NCBI GenBank assembly: GCA_964187785.1
Contig: OZ076409.1
Location: 6,078,001 to 6,142,000, forward strand
Direction: 5' to 3'
DNA length: 64,000 nt
Origin: Amphiscolops sp. MND2022
Taxonomy: Eukaryota
The notes under the pieces: generated by a model
Told to the model about the DNA's origin: nothing
What the model saw: the letters and a program-made list of their open reading frames with translations, nothing else
Database searches by the model: none
Part shown: positions 36,151 to 48,331 of the stretch, one piece after another
Layout: each line of letters begins with the position of its first letter
Numbering within the stretch: position 1 is the first letter of the stretch
Translations under genes and position numbers: made by a program

Positions 36151-38128
36151 TCAAATCGAAATTATCGAAGTTCTATTATAGTATTTGCTTTGTTCTGGAA
36201 TCAATGATAGAAAGTCATTTGTACTGCCACACCCCAAAGGTTAATTGATTTCTTCTTCTACATTACTCCGAGCAACGGAAAAAGTGGATATTGGAAGGCT
36301 CCCTCCAAAACGCTCTGCAATCCGCAGTTCTGGAACAGTATATCATTGAAAATTATTGCATCACATTGGCCCCAATGATATTTTACCATTCAGACGCTTC
36401 ATTTTTTTAAAGAAGTGCTTTGGGTCTTTTGGCTTCTGGATTGCAAGGACAACAACGAGCATATCCATTTTTTTATGTTGGCAGGGGAATCACCTGGCAT
36501 TCTGTGGAAGATGTTCCCTGCCTATAAGAACTCAATCACACGTTTTATCGACATCAACGATGACAAATCCCTCCAAGCATATATAAAATCCAAAGTTAGA
36601 CGGCCCCAATCTCTTCAGGTTCGTTATGTTATCGCCAGATCATCTACAGTGAGAGCAAAAGAGAAATTTTCAAAGGATTTTTTGGGAACAAAAGCTTGGA
36701 TATAAATGACACTACCTGGGATGATGATGCGATCTTGGAATTTTGCGATTATAGTATTATTGGTTGGAAATGTTCAAAGTGCTTCCATTATTATTTAACT
36801 TTGACTGGACGCCACCCCACTATGTTTGCACAGCTAGTATCAGGTACCGAATTGTTGCCACGTAAAATGCGCGTTTCAAACATATTTTGAAGGTGATTGT
36901 TTAGCATCCAGATACAAACAGATATCAAATTTTGAATATGAGGGAAACAGATAGCTGCTTCTTATTTGCTTTGAACTTCTAATATACTTGCAGTATGTTT
37001 TGCTTATGATTCTTTCCAACTTGTTGAATGAAACATTGTGTAATCCGCCATTTTATATAACAGCGCCAGAATGTGTATACAGCCAGTATTAGTACGTTGT
37101 TCACCGCCAGTATTATCAAAACCCTGATTCCAAGGCAGTTTGCCAGAACGACGTTGATTTTTTCAAAGATCTTTTCAAAAACTTCGCTTAATTTTGCTAC
37201 TCGCCTTCTACGATGTTCTCAAACAAGCCAAACGCCATTAGGGCATGCAGAAGGTTGTGCAAAACGCCATTTGTGCATACTGCCCAGGCAAAACGCCATT
37301 TTGCTGCTGAACAAGTTTTTGATATCTTACTTTGACTTCAAGTTAACTTGAATTGTTCCTTTTTGTTTCCAACCATCTAGTTAAAAATTGATTAGGAGGC
37401 ACCGTTTTTTCATTTTGGCTTCAAAATGGACTTTTGACACGGTTCATGTAAAAAGTGCAGTAAAACGCCAGATTCGGTAAAACGCCAGTGAAGCAAACCC
37501 CGCAAAACGCCAGTAAGCAGAAGTACTACATGCCTCGCCTCATGACTTGAAGGCCGTGACTGGGAACCTGAGCAAATACTTGATATGCTTGTTGAAAGAT
37601 ACTGTTGAAGACCTAAGAAAAGCAATGCTCTCTTTTACAATGTTCGAATGAAATAACACAAAATTGAATACAAGAAGTATGTTTTTGTTGACCAACTTGA
37701 CTGTTTGTACAACCTGGATTATCCATTATCAAATCCCCTACTTTGAATTTGGGGGAGGACTCATTGTTTAGGAAGTCCCTTGCTTGGAGTACGAGATCAC
37801 GGCACCATTGCTACATCAATTGTCTGCTACGATGTCAGAAGTCAAAGGTGAAAACAAAGCATTTTCTGAGTTGCTGAGTAACTTGATGATTCCACAGAAC
37901 CGCGTGAAACGTTCAACCAGACTCGGATGAAAAAGCTCACTTCCCAATACTACTGCCCGACTTCGACAAATGGAAGTACTATTTGACCACTATTGACAAA
38001 CACTATAAGGGGAGCCTCATGGTATTTGTCTACCTGTTGAAAACAGTGATGTCTTTGTTAAACCCAATCTGGATTGGTCCAAACGTCAGCAAAAAAACAT
38101 CAATGAAATTGGGCAATGACCTTATTGA

Positions 38129-38930
38129 CCCGGGCTTCCCTCCCATACAAAAACAGGCCAATCATACTCTGCCATCATACTCACAGTATGATTCCAGGCT
38201 AATCCTACTCTGGACCATGAAGGTTTATGGTTCCAGGCTGACCATACTCTGGACATATATGGTCCAGTCTATGATACGCCATGTTCCATAAAAAAAGCAA
38301 AGTTTATGGTTCCAGCCTGACCATATTCTGGTCCAAATATGGTTCAGTCTATGATCAGCCTGGAACCATAAACCTTTATGGCCCAGCGTATGGTCAACCT
38401 GGAGCCATAAAAAGAAAATTAGGATATTGTAGTCAATTAACGCATACACTGATGAAATTACAAGATATTCCTCAATCAAAGGTCCAATACAATCACCAAA
38501 TTGAAAACAAGGTAGCAATCATCAATTTTCGGCAGCTTTTGCTGAATTATTGGTAATTTTTCTCGAAATAATCAAAAATCACACTGCTATAACAAAAGAG
38601 TTAGTCATTAATTAAGAAGTGGCTGAGAACAAATTGAGTGACTATAGTTTGTTTTTAATTCCGCTAAGAGTTTAAAGGAGTTCTGAGCTGCAATGTATCG
38701 TTCGCAGATACAAAAGGTCGAATGTGGTTCTATTGCCCTCAGCCTATAAAGTTGGCTGTTCTCAATATTTGAAAAGTTTTGTTTGGGTGGCATGTCACGT
38801 CAACCCGCGTTTGGAACAAAAAATTATGATTCCAGGCTGATCATGGCAAGATCAAAGTAAGGAAATCTGTATGATTTGTATGGTGCCATAATATGGTCAG
38901 ATTATGATCGGCCTGGTCGGGAAACCCGGG
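38129..38930. mobile_element. Putative MITE with CCC...GGG termini and ~40-bp internal repeats (CMC/EnSpm-like)
   Basis: Left CCCGGGCTTCCC...CAGGCCAATCATACTCTG vs rc right CCCGGGTTTCCC..CAGGCCGATCATAATCTG. Repeated TATGGTTCCAGGCTGACCAT. The 2-bp TSD is imperfect (GA/AA). Confidence 0.55.
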
Positions 38931-40239
38931 AAGCCTAAATGTTGTGATATTTTTGTTGAATATCTTCGACGACGTTGGGTTGAAGTGATTGCACTGTGTC
39001 CACTGACTCATTGTTTCAACTGTCTCATTGCTCGTTCTATATTATTTTTCATTAAACAGGAATCTTATGGTCAATTACATTGGATCTCGTTCATTGTTGA
39101 AAATTGGTAGTTCTATATATCTGGGCTTATCTTCTGTTATAACAGAAAAACGTGAACTACTTACTCACCAAGAACCTTGAAAGATAAAACAGGGCTTTTC
39201 ATGTGGCACGACATCGTGAACAATACAAACTCTCCGCACTCCAGTTACAACTACAAACTGTGTGTGGACTGCTGATCAGCTGATTGCTGCTGTTCTCGAA
39301 GTCAGGCTTGGAAGAGCGAACAAAAGCAATCATCTACTGCAAACGTTTTCATACATCTGACAATTTGCAGAGAGCTTCTACCTGGCATCCTGACCTGATA
39401 GCGTGAGAAAACATCAAACATCACACAGGCAAAACAGTAGCGTCTGGTTTCAAAGTCAACTACAAAAGTTGGAACGAAACTCAAGTGATATTTTTCTTCT
39501 AGGCATTACTTTGAAGCATTGTAGAAATCTGAAAGCTCTGGTCATGCAGAAACGGTCGAAGACAAGCACCAGAAAAGCGATGAAAAGAACAAAGGAAGCT
39601 CGACGAAGAAGCAAACAGGCCGACTGTGAAAAGCAACGGAAGAAGTGTATTCCCGGACTGCTACCTGGGCCTCAACTGGTTTGGAGCGGCTCGATTGATA
39701 CACTTCTCATCATGTATTTACTTTTATTATCACATGAAAAATGACGCGTACTAGGAGCAGAAGTCGGCCAGTGTCTGATGACAAAAGCCCTCAAGGTAAA
39801 AACAAAGTAAGTGAAAATTAAAAAACAAACTCCCTCGCGTGAAATAGTTGTCTCAAAAGGTGGCACAGAAATTATGGTTGTCTTGAATTTAAAGACCCCC
39901 TCATTTTGTCGAAGTACACTGCAGTAAACTGGCACTGCCCGAAATATGGCACGAATATTGTACTAAGTCATGGACAAGCATTTTGAAGATGCCAAAATCC
40001 TTCAGTCAACATCAAACAACAGAAATATAACTGAAAAAAAAAACAAGAGACCGAATTCCTAACATCAATGAAGCAAGAACTTCAATGCATAAGGAACAAA
40101 AATGGAGTGCATGAGGTCACCGGATTTACCGTTTACCGAATGAATCAAAAATAGTACCACGACGTCAAACCGACCACAAGTGAAGAACCACAATGGAAGT
40201 TAGAATCTACAACTGATGTAAACTGCATCCTCATATTGA

Positions 40240-40720
40240 GTGGAAATTACAAATTAACAGCTAGTGGAGCCATCAAGAGGGCCATTTCGAAATTGTTTTC
40301 TCTGAACAAAATGCACGGTCGTTTTCAACACAGCAAGAGGAAACGTCCGCTTGAAGTTTGTTCCTGCACAAGAATCGGATGAAGTGTACCAGGGATGGAA
40401 ACCTGATGAATTTGGCGACTGGGCAAGTTTTAGAAAAGATGGAGAAAATAGCGTCCTGAAAAACGCTATCATCAAAGTAGTTCCCGGTTAAAAAACGTTT
40501 CAAAACTTTTCAAACAGAAAAACAATTCATCACAGTTCAGCCACAGTATACCTTCATTGATTTTCTATATTATCAGCCAACCGAGTTCATACAAAGAGGA
40601 ATCAAAATTATTCGGCGTTCAAACTGACAGAAGTTTGGACATCTCAGTAGAAAACAGTCAGTCAAAAGGTACCTGCAAATACTGTGCAGGAGACCATAGT
40701 TTCTTTGATTGTAAAACCAA
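40240..40720 (+). pseudogene. Possible degenerate LINE ORF1 remnant ending in a CxxCxxxHxxxxC knuckle
   Basis: CKYCAGDHSFFDC at ~40674-40712; upstream frames are broken. Confidence 0.3.
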
Positions 40721-40786
40721 GGCTGGAAAAGGAACTGTCCAAACTGTGATGGAAAACACGACGCCGATGCAATCAGTTGAACTAGC

Positions 40787-41122
40787 GGTACTACTGACTA
40801 AGTGTGGTCCCAAGCGATTTCTCCTGACTAAGTGTGGTCCCTATTATATAAGTGTGGTCCGTGCATATTTTGTCGGCATTATTTTATAACGTCATCAGCT
40901 ATGTTCACATACCCCTTGTGCCCTAAATGCAGGAGCGAAGCGAAGCGGAGCGACGTGCCATATGACCATGCCTCAATGTTGCTACTTGGGAAGCGAAGCG
41001 ACCGAGCGAAGCGACCGAGCCATACAACAAATATGCTAACCTCTTCTAGGGACCACACTTAGTCAGGAGTTTTCAGTCCGGCTGCATACATTTTGTAGGG
41101 ACCACACTTAGTCAGGAGTACC
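40787..41122. mobile_element. MITE, 336 bp, GGTAC termini, perfect 8-bp TSD (Merlin-like)
   Basis: TSD GAACTAGC (40779-40786 and 41123-41130). TIR GGTACT(A/C)CTGACTAAGTGTGGTCCC with internal copies of CTGACTAAGTGTGGTCC. Confidence 0.9.
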
Positions 41123-41667
41123 GAACTAGCTACATAAAACAAGTGTAGCTTGTAAATGAAGCTAGAGGCATACAGATACTCATACTCAGCAAAAATGCAT
41201 TACAGAAACAGGATTAAAATCTTACAAATCAACGAAATCAACCTTGCAGTGACCATAGTTAAATTGTGTTGAATGATGACTTTCTGAGACTACGCGTGAC
41301 GCAATTGTTTCGAATGAAGCCAAAACAGAGGCTGATCAGCATCTATTTCTAATTATCTCGCCCTCAGTTGCTTTACAGGCATTCTTGGTCGTGTTGCACC
41401 CCTGGTTGGAACTGCTTGAACTTTTTATATGGTTTTGTAGGTTACCAAGCTAATTTTCCATGATTTTATAAAAATTCACAAAGAAATGTCCATGCATTAA
41501 ATCTTCACTGATTCGATTTAATTTTATCAAGCTGCCTATAAAATGCATGTTAAATTTGGCAAGCAGCTGAGACCGTCATCAATTTTAGCGCGGTTTCAAT
41601 GCAAATAATTTTCAGTCACGTTTTAAGTTTCAAAGTAGCGTCATATTTAGCGTGCTATTTGACTAAT

Positions 41668-42440
41668 TGTAACGGCAAGCTCTGGTACAGCAATATCAAC
41701 CGATTTTGCAACTTTGACATGTTCAGAAATTTTGTCAAAAATTCTAATCCGATGTGTGACGTGGCACTGAGCATGTGATTGCTCTTTTCGCTGTTTCCAC
41801 GAAATTGGCAGGTACTTCGACAACAAAGAGCAAGAACGAGCAAAAACACGGGCGCGCCGCCATGACAGAAGCCAGAGACGGCAAGAACATCCGAAAATAG
41901 ACTCTTTTTGAGGTGCTAACACCGGTTTTATCGATTTTCAGCATTATGCTACCCTATGTAGCGGAAACCGTAAAAATGAGTCTTTTCGCCTAAAGATCCT
42001 TGTTTGGTGCTTGGAGCCCCTGCGCCCCAGCTTTTTAGCTGTGTGGTTTGCCATATTCGTGCCTGTTTTCATGTATTTTCAGTGATTTTGGCTGTATTCA
42101 GTAGCGTTAGCGCTAGTTTAGATCTTATTCCCCAATTTTAGATCTTATTCACATGTCACCCTGGAACTGGAAATTTACCTTATTCTTGGCATTGTTTTTA
42201 TATGCTAGTTAAGCGGTGGTCTTTAGAGAGCCAGAAAGATGCCCGTTACTATTAGCGATCAAAGACTAGGACCGGTTGGACAGTATTCGTCGAAGCACCC
42301 GCGGCCCCGGGACGTATTTCACCCCTGGAGGCAAAATGGATCTGTGGCGATGGGCGCCTGTCCCAAGCGATTCACCCATTCGTGCAGGTTCCTCCACCTC
42401 CGTTAACGTGTTAAGCGACCGATAACAGCTTGCCGTTACA
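41668..42440 (+). repeat. 5' LTR of element B
   Basis: TGTAACGGCAAGCT...AGCTTGCCGTTACA (perfect 14-bp inverted ends). Confidence 0.95.
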
Positions 42441-45400
42441 TGAGACCTCATTTTTTGGCGACCACAGAGGGATCGCTTCCGATTACTGCCCTATTATATG
42501 GTTTTAAAATTTCCGACCCCCTGGTATTGGACGCCAAGAACGATTGGACTCTGGAAGGAGACGTTTACCCAGAGTTTTTCCGAATTTTTTAGATGATATG
42601 ACATTATATTTTGGTAATTTTCCTGTATTTCGGGGGATTTTCCCGAGTACCTTTGGTATATTTCGATAACAGGTACTTGTTGACAGATATCGTCTAAAAT
42701 TGTAAGGTTCCCATCAGCAGGTCCTCTTTTTAGAAGCGTAGTGGACAGTAGCACGTCGCTACTGGTGTTTAACAGGTTTTTCTAGCTGTTTTCAGTGATT
42801 TGCGCTTATGTACGAGAGGTGAAGTTGATGGTTGAACCATATTCCATCCGACTGATAGATGAGCTGAAACGAGTGTTCCCGACTCTCTTTTCCCATTTCT
42901 CGTGGAGACGTGCTAGAGGAATGGTTTTTGGTGGAAAGGTAGAACAAGTGCTGACGTTGCCGACGGTTCAAACTGTTTCTCTCTAGCTGGTCTGGGTGTT
43001 GAGAAAAAAGACGACGAAGGTACCACCCCTCATTCCAGAAGTATCAGTTTTTCGGAGTATGGTATGAAAAAATTTTTAGATTGTGTATTTTTTGACGGGG
43101 AATCATTTGTGCATGCTAGTTTTACCCTGTTGCAACTAAGTGTGTGCTTTTGCACCCGTTTTCAGTGAAAAAAGTGCGATTTTTAGTGCAAAAGTCGCAA
43201 AAACGTGATTTTTGGCATTTTTGAGTACTTTTCTTGGTACGAGCGCGAGCGCTCGAAGTATTAGCCACAGCAGTTGCAAAAATGAATAGAAAAAGCCCAA
43301 AACCTTGAGGGTTATGCTACATAATAAAACGATAACCAGAAAGGCCGTTGGAGTCCTTTTTGAAACACATTTTGCATGAAAAAACCCGGTTTTTGGCGAA
43401 ATTGGCAAAAAACTACTACGAAATGCCACTGGGAGAGTGCTGGATTGTGATGTAATTGCCTCTTCCGTGCTGCTATTAGTTTGGGGCACACTCCACAGTA
43501 CCAAAAAAAAGAATTTAAGTGAGTTTGTAACGTTTTCTTGGTGAGAACAGGTCGAAAAACCTTGATTTTTGGCCAGTTTCAGGAGTGCCATAGTGCATCA
43601 TTAAAACCTCTGGGGCACTCAGTGTTTTCGAGACCTGGGAGCCCGCGCGCTCTCATTTTCTGTTTTTGTAGTAAAAATAACGCATTGTGGTGAAAACCGC
43701 GTGCAAAAATTTCTTTTCAGTGCTGAGAAAAGTGGAAAAACGCACTGAATTTGATCAATTTTCCACTAAACCGGACTGTCTCTGAGCTAGGGTCGGGTCA
43801 TCGATTCCTGAACCCTAGCTAAAAAGTGTTTGCGTTTCCGTAACCACCACAAAAATTAACGTTAGTGCCGAAAATTTAGTGGGCGTATCGATCACCAAAG
43901 TCGAGAAAAGCTCTCTGACGTTTCGACCTCAGAGAAGCGTAAAAGGACCGAAAAAATTCAAAACTGCAGGACTGTCAGTGCCTTATACCTAACGGGCACA
44001 ACCAATTGAGGGCTTATCCCAGTGCTACGGGTAGTGGGGCGACACGTTGGTCCCATTTTGCCCGCCGTATCACTTTCTGAGGTGATCCTCTTGGTCAATT
44101 TGTGAAAAAAGTCGTCAAAAACAGTGTTTTTTCGTGTACAACGTACATAGTGGGTCGAAACCTCAAATAAGCGCTCGCGCTTCAATTCGACCATATCAGT
44201 GGCATTGTAGGTGCCCACTGGCATAAACTACCAAGTTTGGTGCCGATTTGTGTGATACTTGTCGAGAAAATAGGAAAAACGCGGTGCCCAAAAAAGTGCG
44301 CAAAAAGGCAGTTTTTTCTTAATTTTTCCAAGTAACCCGGGTACCTTAGCCGACGGGTGGGTCTATATTGCAGCCCACCATCGTAACCTGTGCTAGTTCC
44401 TACGTTGCTGCAGAGAATTTGAGCTTGCTAGCTCCGTCCAGTGGACCGCAATCTTGAAAAAGACGTGAAAAACCGTGTATTTCGGTACATAGTGGTACCA
44501 CACGTCTGTACCTAGGTGAAACTGTGTAGAAGGGGTGCAGCTCAATTCTGTGTTCAATTTCGTAAACCTACGTGTACCTAAGATCTGCTGGTCAATTTTG
44601 GGCTTGATACAGCGCTTCCAGCGCACACACGAGCCTCTTGAGTGTTGTGGTGCGATTTTTGGAAATTTCAAAAATTGTTCGAATTTCTTCCTGTGGGTGA
44701 CTGGAGACTTTTTGCCCTAAACCAGGTTGATTTTCTGGCCCATTGTGCTTGTGGGAAAGCGCGGTGCAAATTTGATTAGCCTACGAGCCTTAGAACGTGT
44801 TTTGAAAAATCTTGGACGTTGAAAAAACATCAATTTTCTTAAGTCCTCACCGAGACGAACAGAGGGCCAAATCCTTGAGGAGACCCCCTGAAGCCTACCA
44901 GCGTCTATTTCACTACTCTAACAGCGTGGTTGGTGCCTACTGACAGCGTCTGCCAAGTTTGGTGTCAATCGCTACTATATCTGTTGAGAAATTGACTAAA
45001 ACAAACTGCACAAGAAGGTGCGCAAGAAGGCGAATTCTACGAAGTCTTGTGGGATTGCCTGAACATCTTATTCAAAGAGTGGGGCCAAATTGCTGCCCAC
45101 CATCGTAACCAGTGCAAGTTTATCGTATTGTTGTCGAAAAAACGAGCTTGAGAGCTTTTCGCAGTTTGCCGGAATCTGAGTTGACACGTGAAGAACACTG
45201 CATATTGGAACACGGTGATACCGAACGTCTGTACTGTGTTGAAACTTCACCTAGTTATCTCAGCACAAATCAGCTATTATTCCCTTGTACCTCAACTTAC
45301 GTGGGACTGTGTGGTTGATTTTGAAGCCGATCCTGCGTTTCTAGCGTTAGCGCTAGCCTCTGGAGTTTTTTCAAGTGAAGCTGAAAAACCCAAAAAACAT

Positions 45401-47050
45401 CTGAAAAACCTCTGACCTGTGACTGGATCCTAATACCCCAATTCTGGACTCACTTGTTGGGTCAGTGCATCAATCCGGAAGTGCTGTATACCTTCCAGCA
45501 CGCTACAACCCTTGGAACTAATTTCGACTCTTCTTGGACGTGCATGGTCATTGTATCAGTTTAAGGTTTCATCGAGACGAAAACTGGAGAAGTGGGAAAA
45601 AAGCCAGTTCTACGTGTTGGAAAGCTGTTGAAACCCCTATTTTGAACTCCCAGCAGTTAGTTCATTGCTGTGCGTGTGATATTTGATCAGTATCGAGTGG
45701 GCTGCCTTGCTGGATCATAGCATTTTGTTACTTGAAGTCGTGCTATCCTGTGTATCGTAACGAATTGGATCATTTTTTCGGAACTATCGGCGCACCTTAT
45801 TGAAAATTTGGGACTACATTGCCCTGGACTATTCTCATTAGTGTCATTTGGTGCACCGTTGCTGAAAAAGTGAGCTCGAGAGCTCAGCACTGTGGACGAG
45901 AGTCTTTGATTGCATGTGAAAAATCGTGTCAATCGAGACACGGTGATACGGAACGTCAGTATCAGATCTAAATCTTGCCCAGTGGTCTGAATTCTCATTG
46001 GTTGTTACTGTAGTGTAGCTGGCTATACGTGTGATCGCGTGACCAATTTTGAGCCCGATACCACGTTTCCAGCACTTGTAAAAGCCATTTGAGTGATTTT
46101 CGAAAACAGTTGAAAAATCCAAAAATCGTTGAAAAAGGCTCTAGCTCGAAGCTGGAGGCAATCATCAGCTACGGAAGGTTATTTTTCTGACTTGTGTGGC
46201 TGACAAATTGTGCTGTGTCATTTTGTACCCAGTACGATTGATAAAACTGAATTTGACTTTGTTCAGACACACGTTTTGAACGAAAATCCCGAAAACGCCA
46301 GAAAAACTATCAGTGTAAATCCTCAATACTTCCGCTGTACAGGAGGCAGACCCAAAAAGCCTTCATTTTCCAACGGAACGGACCCAATAGACCTTCCTGG
46401 GTGTAAACGAGGCAAATCCCACGGTTCAAAAAAATTGCCGGCAGGGGTCATAAATTTTGGACTCCTCTGGAACTTTGAAATTTGATCCTGAACAGTTCAA
46501 GGCAGCAGTTTTAAGTGCCTGCGAGGCGCTCTGGACTACATTTTTCCAAACGAAAATCTCTAGGAGTTACCTTGAGCAGGGTTTTCGATATCCAAAAGAG
46601 ACCCTGAGTGTTCCGACTTAGCCAAAATCACAAGATTTTGGGAGGAGCAACTTCCTAGTGACGAAAAATTTGACCGGATTGCCCGAGTGTGTCACCTTTT
46701 TGAACGCTCTGGTGCCTCATTTTGGTGTTATTTTGCTGTATCGAGTAGCATCAACGCCGAATATTACGCCAAATTTGCAGAGAACTCTTTTGGGCAATTG
46801 CAAAATACCCAAATCTCTTGAGGTTGAGAGGTCGACAAACCGCTCGACTGTCTGTTTGGTGCGCACTATCCAACTTGGCTGCAGCAATTTGCTCTAGAGC
46901 AAAATTTTCTAGTCCACTGAGCAGTCTGCAAAGTGTTGAGCAGTTTTCAGCACGCTGTGATTGCCAGAAATTCTCTTGACTTTGACCCTGACACTGAACT
47001 TGGGTACATTGGTGGTTCTAGTCAAGCAGTTGGAAGCCTGTAAAGCTGAA

Positions 47051-48331
47051 ATGAAACGTTGGAAAATCTTCCACCGCCTCCGTTCCTTTTTTAAAGGGAA
47101 AAAGAGTGTCAGTGGAGCACAACCAATGGATGTTCATGATGTTCAAAATGAAACCCAAATGGTAGATGAACATGACCGATCGACGAAGTTAGAGGATTTG
47201 AACTTGAAAGATTGGCCTTTGGAGGATAGTTTCAAACCTGTCTCCAATTTTCTAGACTCAATGCCATCTAACTCTCAGGATACCGAGCCGGAGAGGAGCA
47301 TAAGGACTCCCAGTCCTAGTTTAGTATCGTCGTCTAAAAGATCTTCTCTCCATGAAGCCAGTATTCAGTTTTGTCAGAAACAGGATCAACAATTAGAGGC
47401 CCTGGAGCAACAGATGGGTGAAATATCAATCTCGTTGGTACAAAGTGAGATACGTATGGAGAAATTGTTAGCACGAGTGCTAGCACAAATGCAGTCGATA
47501 AATGCAGAAGTGCAGGCACACCTCAGAAATGCCGAGATCAATGTTTCAAACGACGTCAAATCAGAACCATTGACACCGCTAACAAAAGACATGGGGGTGG
47601 ACCCAATATCTTTGGACACTACAACTATAGGTATTACTGACACTTTGCCTGAATATCACGCCGGTGATAATGGGTTGCGCGAGCGCAACCTCTACTCAAG
47701 TGATACGAAGAATGAACGAATATCAATCTCATCCTCCATTTCCTTATCGCAGGATTCTTTAAGCAACTCTCACTTCCCTGGAACAAAGTCCCTAACATCA
47801 ACTACGAAGTTGCTACCGAATTTGCGGAAAGACTCCCTTGAGCCACATTCTGCTAAACGTGGGCTACGGGATTTTATTCAGGTAGACCCGCCAGTCTTTA
47901 TCAATTGGTTGCCTGGTGGTTCAGCTAAAACTCGACCAACTGGTCATAGACGTGGTCGACCACCGCGCACAGACTTTGAGCACTCATGGCAAAAAGTTCT
48001 GTTGTCCCTTTATGATGGACGTCGCCGTGGCCGTCCACCACGCCAAGTTCTACCATGGTCACATCGACCGAAGGGACATAGGCGTGGCCGTCCTCCGAAC
48101 AACTATTCCAGTCTTGAGACAGACCCAGTCTCCACAGTTTTCTCTATCGGATTTCCTGATGCTTCATGCTTGTTGCACGTCATGCTGCTATTGGATGGTG
48201 ATGTCTATCCAGTCCAAACCACACTCCACTTCTTTTCAAAGGGGGAGGAGGTGTCGTCAACGCTTAATCTTTCCTGCTGCATTTTTATGTCAGGCATTCA
48301 ATTTTGGCCATTCCTCACTATCCTCATGTGA
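47051..48331 (+). CDS. Element B ORF, 426 aa from the first ATG (MKRWKIFHRL...); predicted coiled coil, three AT-hook-like RRGRPP motifs, hydrophobic C-terminus; function unknown
   Basis: Open frame (the track's 456-aa version starts at a TTG) with a colinear homolog in element A. Confidence 0.7.
   Translation: MKRWKIFHRLRSFFKGKKSVSGAQPMDVHDVQNETQMVDEHDRSTKLEDLNLKDWPLEDSFKPVSNFLDSMPSNSQDTEPERSIRTPSPSLVSSSKRSSLHEASIQFCQKQDQQLEALEQQMGEISISLVQSEIRMEKLLARVLAQMQSINAEVQAHLRNAEINVSNDVKSEPLTPLTKDMGVDPISLDTTTIGITDTLPEYHAGDNGLRERNLYSSDTKNERISISSSISLSQDSLSNSHFPGTKSLTSTTKLLPNLRKDSLEPHSAKRGLRDFIQVDPPVFINWLPGGSAKTRPTGHRRGRPPRTDFEHSWQKVLLSLYDGRRRGRPPRQVLPWSHRPKGHRRGRPPNNYSSLETDPVSTVFSIGFPDASCLLHVMLLLDGDVYPVQTTLHFFSKGEEVSSTLNLSCCIFMSGIQFWPFLTILM

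Noticed and set aside
46961..47050. Hydrophobic signal-anchor N-terminus suggesting an env protein
   Set aside because: It lies upstream of the first ATG (the track used a TTG start); no furin site or fusion-peptide architecture was seen, so env was not called.
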